Assembly: GCA_031459535.1 (NCBI GenBank)
Contig: JAVKIJ010000034.1
Location: forward strand, 1 to 32,879
DNA from: Candidatus Fervidifonticultor quintus
Lineage (GTDB): Bacteria; Sysuimicrobiota; Sysuimicrobiia; Sysuimicrobiales; Humicultoraceae
DNA length: 32,879 bases
Direction: 5' to 3'
Positions within the stretch are counted from its first letter, which is position 1. Each line of letters begins with the position of its first letter. The notes beneath the pieces are model-generated. The model saw only the letters and a program-made list of their open reading frames with translations, was not told the origin of the DNA and made no database searches. Shown here in pieces: positions 27,628 to 32,879 of the stretch. The position numbers were made by a program, and so were the translations under genes.

Positions 27628-28543
27628 ACCTGATCCGGGGGTCGAGCGCGGCGTACGAGACGTCCACGATGATGTTGACCAGGGTGTAGAAGACCGCGGA
27701 CATCAGCACGGTCCCCTGCGTGACCTGGAAGTCCTTGCTGAGGATCGACGTCACCGCCAGCCGGCCGATGCCTGGCCTCGAGAACACGGTTTCGATGACC
27801 ACGGTCCCGCCTAGCAGCGCGCCAAACTGCAGGCCCATGACCGTGACCACCGGGATCAGCGCGTTTCTCAACGCGTGCCGGTAGACGACCAGACGCTCGG
27901 CCAGACCTTTGGCCCGGGCGGTACGGACGTAATCCTGCCGCAGGACCTCCAGCATGCTGGACCGCACCAGCCGGGCGATCACCGCCGCCGCCACATAGCC
28001 CAGCGTGAACGCGGGCATGACGAGGCGCACCCACCCGCCCTGTCCAGTGGCGGGGAGCCAGCCCAGCTTCAGGGAGAACAGGAAGATGAGCAGCAGCCCC
28101 ATCCAGAACGAGGGCATCGAGACCCCCCACAGCGCCAGGAGCATGCTGCCGTTGTCTACCCAGGTGTGGTGGCGCACGGCCGCCGTGACGCCTAGGGCGC
28201 CCCCAAGCAGGACGGCCACCCCCATGCCCGCCAGCGTCAACTCCACGGTGGACGGCAGGACCTGCCAGATCATCCGTGCCACCGGCTGGTTCTCGAGGAT
28301 GGACCGGCCCAGGTCGCCGCGGAGCGCGTTCCGCAGGAAGCGCCAGTACTGCACCGGCACGGGGTCGTCGAGCCCGAGCTGGTGGCGGAAGTTGGCGACG
28401 ACGTCCTCGTCCACCGCCAGCTCGCCCAGCATCATCTTGGCCGGATCGCCCGGCACGAGGTGCATCATCAGGAAGACGGCGACCGAAATCCCCAGCAGGA
28501 CCGGCAGTGCCGCCACCAGACGCTTGAACAAGAACCGGAGCAG
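27620..28543 (-). CDS. Peptide/nickel ABC transporter permease (DppB-like), probable CTG start
   Basis: PGDPA, GDLGRS, DYVRTARAKGL, ETVFSRPGIG. GGAGG at 28551-28555 lies 7 nt before CTG at 28543, giving MLRFLFKRL. Confidence 0.9.
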   Translation of the reverse strand: MLRFLFKRLVAALPVLLGISVAVFLMMHLVPGDPAKMMLGELAVDEDVVANFRHQLGLDDPVPVQYWRFLRNALRGDLGRSILENQPVARMIWQVLPSTVELTLAGMGVAVLLGGALGVTAAVRHHTWVDNGSMLLALWGVSMPSFWMGLLLIFLFSLKLGWLPATGQGGWVRLVMPAFTLGYVAAAVIARLVRSSMLEVLRQDYVRTARAKGLAERLVVYRHALRNALIPVVTVMGLQFGALLGGTVVIETVFSRPGIGRLAVTSILSKDFQVTQGTVLMSAVFYTLVNIIVDVSYAALDPRIRYD

Positions 28544-28619
28544 GCGAGGCCCTCCGAGGGGGCTGACCGCGGGGCGCACCCCGCGATCAGCCCACGGATC
28601 GACGCGATACCCTGACGGG

Positions 28620-30236
28620 TTACCTCATAATATACATGTCGTAGTAGACGGGATACGCGTTCACGTTGAATGCCAGTCCCCTGTACTGGGCGCGGATGGC
28701 GTAGAGATTGACCTGCTCGTGGATGGGCAGGGTCACCGCGTCACGCATCAGGATCTCCTGCGCCTTCACGTAGTACTGCTGGCGCACCTTGGGGTTGGTG
28801 TACAACAGGCCGTCCTCGACCAGCTTGTCCAGCTCCGGGTTCTTGTAATGCGACCACGAGAACGCGCTGCCGCGGGAGTGGTACAGCGCTCTCAGCATGT
28901 CCGGGTCGGCGTTCCACAGACCCATCGGTGCCAGATGGTGCTCGCCGTTGCCCAGCGCGGCGAACCACGGGCTGCGCGACTGGGCGTTGATGAAGGCGTC
29001 GAACCCCACCTCTTTGAGGTTGGCCTGGATGAACTCGGCCAGCGGCCGGAACGCCGGCACATCGGTGAGGATGTAGATGCCGACCCGCAGCCGCTGACCC
29101 GCCTTCTGCCGCACGCCGTCCGGCCCCGGCCGCCAGCCGGCTTCTTCGAGCAACGCCCTGGCGCGACCTTGATCGTAGGGGTACATCTGCCTGAACTGGC
29201 CCTTGATGGCCATGGGCGTGGCCGCGCTCATGACCCCGTTCCCGACCGGGTAGACGCCGAAGTACAGGGTCTTGATCAGTGCCTCGGCGTTGACCGCGTG
29301 CAGGATGGCGCGCCGCACCGCCAGCTCGGTCGTGGGCGCCCGTTGGGTGTTGATCATTGCCTGGCGGGGCGACCCGGGGAAGTTCTCCTTGTACAGCGTG
29401 AACCGGGGGTTCTTCTCGATGTCGGCCACGTTCTGGGCCGGGACGTCCTCAATGGCCTGCACCTCGTTGGTCTCCAGCACAGCGAACCGCACCGCGTCTT
29501 CCGGGACAAACTTGATGGTGATCTCCTCGAGATAGGCCGGCCCCTTGTTGGTCAACGGACCCCACTTCCAGTCAGGGTTGCGCACCAGCGTGATGTGGCT
29601 CTTGGCCCGCCACTCCTTCACCATGAACGGGCCAGTCCCGACGGGCTGCCTTCCAAAGTCCTTGCCGAGACGCTGGACCGCCGCAGGCGACACCGGTGCC
29701 AGCGATGCGGGTCCCAGGTTCATCAGGAACGGCGCGTAGGGCTCCTTGAGCGTGATGCGGATCGTATAGTCGTCGAGCACCTCGGAGCTCTCGTACGGGC
29801 CGATTGCGATACGGCCCGACTGGGACGCAGTCGCTGGATCCACCACGCGGTCCAGTGAGAACTTCACCGCCTGGGCATTGAACGGCGTGCCGTCGTGGAA
29901 CTTCACGCCTTTGCGCAGCCAGAAGGTGTAGATCTTGCCGTTGGGGCTGATACGCCACCGCTCGGCCAGCATCGGTCGAACGTTGCCCTGCTGGTCGACG
30001 TACACGAGCCCGTCCACGATGTTCAGCAGGATCCGAAAGGCGTTGGCCTGACCTGAGACGTGCGGATCCAGGGTGACCGGTTCATACTGGAACGCGAGGG
30101 TCAGCTTCCCGCCAGGCTTCGCGTCGGCGGGAGGACCGGCCGGTGCGCCAAACACGAACCCTCCCGGTCGCGCGGCAACCATCCCAACCCCCAGCACCAC
30201 CGTCAGCAGGACCACGAGCCGTGCAAGATTCCTCAT
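28620..30236 (-). CDS. Family-5 ABC solute-binding protein
   Basis: Signal peptide, TLDPH, LAERW, LRKGVKFHDGTPFNA, PVGTGPF. GGAGGAGG RBS favours a start at 30236 or 30239. Confidence 0.93.
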   Translation of the reverse strand: MRNLARLVVLLTVVLGVGMVAARPGGFVFGAPAGPPADAKPGGKLTLAFQYEPVTLDPHVSGQANAFRILLNIVDGLVYVDQQGNVRPMLAERWRISPNGKIYTFWLRKGVKFHDGTPFNAQAVKFSLDRVVDPATASQSGRIAIGPYESSEVLDDYTIRITLKEPYAPFLMNLGPASLAPVSPAAVQRLGKDFGRQPVGTGPFMVKEWRAKSHITLVRNPDWKWGPLTNKGPAYLEEITIKFVPEDAVRFAVLETNEVQAIEDVPAQNVADIEKNPRFTLYKENFPGSPRQAMINTQRAPTTELAVRRAILHAVNAEALIKTLYFGVYPVGNGVMSAATPMAIKGQFRQMYPYDQGRARALLEEAGWRPGPDGVRQKAGQRLRVGIYILTDVPAFRPLAEFIQANLKEVGFDAFINAQSRSPWFAALGNGEHHLAPMGLWNADPDMLRALYHSRGSAFSWSHYKNPELDKLVEDGLLYTNPKVRQQYYVKAQEILMRDAVTLPIHEQVNLYAIRAQYRGLAFNVNAYPVYYDMYIMR

Positions 30237-30338
30237 CACCAGCACCTCCTCCGGCGCCCGTCTGAAGCGACCCGAGTTACGGAATCCACCGATATGCGTG
30301 TTCGGTTCTGCGAATCCCGAGAGACTCCTCCGCGCTGC

Positions 30339-31616
30339 TCATACGATTCGGATGCCCGCCCGCATGACCAGCCGTACACGTTGCAGCGCGGCCAAGTCCT
30401 GGTCGGGCCGGCCGTCCACAGCCAGCAGGTCGGCGGCCGCGCCAGGGCGGATCGTGCCGATCTGGGCCTGCAGGCCCAGGGCGGCGGCTGCGGCGCCGGT
30501 GGCGGCGAGGAGGCACTCGCGCGCGGAGCAGCCCGCCTCAGCCATGAGCTCCAGCTCCCGGGGCAGGGCGTCAAAGGGGGAAAACCGCCACCCCGCGTCG
30601 CTGCCCGCAATGAACCGGACACCCCGCTGGCGCAGCCGCGACACGATTTCCGCCACCTCGGCGTCGAGCCGGGCCCACCGGTCGGCCGCCGCGCGGTCTT
30701 CGGGCGTCGGCGTCTCGAGGTGCGCTATCCCGGCTCGCACGTAGTGCCCCACGCTCATGGTCGGGCAGACCGGCACACCTGTTTCGGCAATGCGGTCTGC
30801 CACGCGGGCCTCGAACCGCTGGGGAGCATCCGGGCCCGCCAGGAACCACGCGTGTGCGATCTCGTCTGCGCCCGCATCCAGCGCGAAGTCCGTGGCCTCA
30901 GCACACAGGCAGTGCAGGACGGCGCGGTAGCCGAGGTGGTGCGCCTCGTCCACCAGTGCCCGTAACTCGTCGCGCGAAAACGCCGGCCGCCAAGCCTGCG
31001 TGCCCGGAGTACCGCCGCCGCTGGCCATGGCCTTGATGTAATCCACGCCGGTCTTGATCGCCTCGCGCACCTTGTGCCGGACACCGTCGGTGCCATCGGC
31101 CTCACCGCCGAAGTAGTGACAGTGCCCTCCCGTGATCGTGATCGGCCACCCGGCTAGCACCAGGCGCGGGCCCCGCGCATACCCAAGGTCAATGGCCCGG
31201 CGGAGTGCAAACAGCACATCGGGAAACCCTCCGCAATCGCGCAGCGTGGTGATGCCAGCCCCAAGCGCTGTGGCCGCGTTGCGTACCGCGATGGCGTGCA
31301 CAACGCCCCTGGGCTCGGTGACCGCCCGGGGGAACGGCGTGCCATCGCCGGGCAGACAGAGGTGGACGTGCGCGTCGATCAGCCCGGGGAGGATCGTGCA
31401 ATCGGGCAGATCGATGACCTCGGTGTCCGGCAGCAAGGCATCAGCGGGTCGGCGGAGGTCAGTTGGCCCGGCGCCCGGAGACGCGGGGTCGCGGTATACG
31501 GCCTCGATGCGGTCATCGCGCACCAGCACCGCAGCGCGCTCGATGGCAGGTACGCCGGTGCCGTAGAACAGGCGGCCAGCGCGAATGAGTGTGCAAGGGG
31601 GTTTGCGGGCATTCAT
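30339..31616 (-). CDS. Metal-dependent amidohydrolase (Xaa-Pro dipeptidase/ochratoxinase-like)
   Basis: PGLIDAHVH, GITTLRD, TGGH, YIK, VLHC, IAH, GSDAG, ADLLAVDGRP. Probable ATG 31616. Confidence 0.88.
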   Translation of the reverse strand: MNARKPPCTLIRAGRLFYGTGVPAIERAAVLVRDDRIEAVYRDPASPGAGPTDLRRPADALLPDTEVIDLPDCTILPGLIDAHVHLCLPGDGTPFPRAVTEPRGVVHAIAVRNAATALGAGITTLRDCGGFPDVLFALRRAIDLGYARGPRLVLAGWPITITGGHCHYFGGEADGTDGVRHKVREAIKTGVDYIKAMASGGGTPGTQAWRPAFSRDELRALVDEAHHLGYRAVLHCLCAEATDFALDAGADEIAHAWFLAGPDAPQRFEARVADRIAETGVPVCPTMSVGHYVRAGIAHLETPTPEDRAAADRWARLDAEVAEIVSRLRQRGVRFIAGSDAGWRFSPFDALPRELELMAEAGCSARECLLAATGAAAAALGLQAQIGTIRPGAAADLLAVDGRPDQDLAALQRVRLVMRAGIRIV

Positions 31617-31677
31617 AGGGATGCGCCCGAGCGACCAATGCCGATCCCAAGTGTTCGGCCGACGAGACAATCCTCGT

Positions 31678-32879
31678 TCAGACCACCGCTCCGCGTGATG
31701 GGACGCCAGCCGGCCTCCGGTCTGCCACGATGGCACCGCCCTTGATGACCAGAGGAATCCGCTGCAGGTCTTGCAGGATCCTGATGTCCTGCAAGGGATC
31801 GCCATCCACGCACACCAGGTCGGCGAACCGGCCCGGCGCGATCGTGCCCACGTCCGTGAAGTCGATCGCCTCGGCTGCGGCGCCGGTCGCGCTGGTAATG
31901 GCCTCGAGCGGCGTCAGGCCCGCTTCGACCAGCATCTCGAGCTCATAGGCATTGGTGCCGTGGAAGACGTAGGGCATGGCGGCGTCGGTACCGCAGATGA
32001 TCCTGACGCCCCGCTCCCTCGCCCGGCGTACGGTATCCCAGGCATGGGCCACGGCCTTCTCGCGCCAGGCCGGCAGGAACGGCTGGCCCGGCGGTAGGGC
32101 GGCGTCCCCCTTCTCGCGGAAACGGCCGACGACGCTCAGCGTGGGGCACAGGACCACCCCGCGCCGCGCCATCAGGTCGAGCTGCTGGTCCGAGAGGTAG
32201 AACCCGTGCTCGATACCGTCGATCCCCTCCTCGATGGCCCAGGTGGCGCCGTCGCCGCCATAGCAGTGAGCGGTCACCCGCCGGCCATGCCAGTGCGCTT
32301 CCTCGAAGATTGCCCGCATGGTCTCCCGGGTCATCTCTGGGGCGCAGTAGCCATAGTACCTGCGGACGTGCTCCGTCAGTGTGGCGTTGATCTTGATGAA
32401 GTCCACGTTGTGGCGCAGGTTGAGCCGTACCGCCTTGCGCCCCTCGGTGGGGTCGTCGGCGACGGCCGACGGTCCGGGCAAACTCACGTGGGGAGCCAGG
32501 TACTTCTCGCGGTCCATGTGGCCGGCCGTGGACGTGATCCCGAGCCCGCAGCACCACAACCGCGGGCCCACCAGGTCGCCCCGGTTGATCGCGTCGCGAA
32601 GCGCCACATCGGCGAAGTGGCGCGAGGCGGCATCGCGCAACGTGGTCCAGCCGGCTGAGAGGTCGCGCAGCGCGTTCCTGTAGCACTCCAGGGTCACGGC
32701 CGGGATGGACCGGGCCACCTCGCCGAGTCCGAAGGTGATGTCGCGGGGATCGCCGCTGGCGACCAGGTGCACATGGCAGTCGATGAGCCCCGGAAGCACG
32801 GTGTAGCGGGACGCGTCGATCACGTCGTAGCCGGGCGGGATCGCCGCTTCGGATTCGGGCGCCACGATGTTCAGGCGAT
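31678..32879 (-). CDS. Metal-dependent amidohydrolase (Xaa-Pro dipeptidase/ochratoxinase-like); 5' end beyond the window
   Basis: PGLIDCHVH, GWTTLRD, TAGH, FIK, TAHC, IEHG, GTDA, ADLVCVDGDPLQDI. The frame is open to the window edge (..RLNIVAPE). Confidence 0.9.
   Translation of the reverse strand, partial: RLNIVAPESEAAIPPGYDVIDASRYTVLPGLIDCHVHLVASGDPRDITFGLGEVARSIPAVTLECYRNALRDLSAGWTTLRDAASRHFADVALRDAINRGDLVGPRLWCCGLGITSTAGHMDREKYLAPHVSLPGPSAVADDPTEGRKAVRLNLRHNVDFIKINATLTEHVRRYYGYCAPEMTRETMRAIFEEAHWHGRRVTAHCYGGDGATWAIEEGIDGIEHGFYLSDQQLDLMARRGVVLCPTLSVVGRFREKGDAALPPGQPFLPAWREKAVAHAWDTVRRARERGVRIICGTDAAMPYVFHGTNAYELEMLVEAGLTPLEAITSATGAAAEAIDFTDVGTIAPGRFADLVCVDGDPLQDIRILQDLQRIPLVIKGGAIVADRRPAGVPSRGAVV

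Noticed and set aside
24779-29858. Plus-strand ORFs 24779..25990 (403 aa) and 28005..29858 (617 aa), and the 616-aa version of 25751..27601
   Set aside because: The plus-strand ORFs are antisense shadows of the SDR, permease and SBP. The 616-aa ORF is the aspartoacylase-like gene extended through an alternate frame of the permease, not a fusion.
1-32879. CRISPR arrays, tRNA/rRNA genes, transposases, integrases, phage or defence genes
   Set aside because: No regularly spaced repeats, cloverleaf patterns or relevant protein motifs were seen by eye. A covariance-model scan was not possible.

Overview
High-GC (roughly 70% by eye) bacterial chromosomal window with no rRNA, tRNA, CRISPR array or mobile element that I can see. 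The main feature is missing from the supplied ORF track because it runs off the left edge. It is a >=1036-codon minus-strand gene (3108->1) for a Tat-exported molybdo-bis-PGD enzyme of the periplasmic nitrite oxidoreductase alpha (NxrA) clade, with anammox-like motifs. Its neighbourhood is otherwise heterotroph-like. There are two peptide/nickel-type ABC importer clusters that both lack ATPase genes in the window, a TctCBA transporter linked to an atypical M29-like metallopeptidase and a DinB protein, and a probable amide-catabolism operon (two amidohydrolases, aspartoacylase-like hydrolase, SDR). Other genes include a sulfatase, two aldo/keto reductases, xpt, an AlaX editing protein, an ABC-F ATPase, a secreted clan GH-A-like protein, a D-amino acid dehydrogenase and a vWA protein. 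A local cluster of gene damage lies between about 7.6 and 13.5 kb: an in-frame TGA at a conserved Trp of a solute-binding protein, a 1-nt frameshift in the sulfatase signal peptide, a truncated DinB and a Zn alcohol dehydrogenase pseudogene with several lesions. One permease appears to start at CTG. All family calls come from motif recognition, not database searches.
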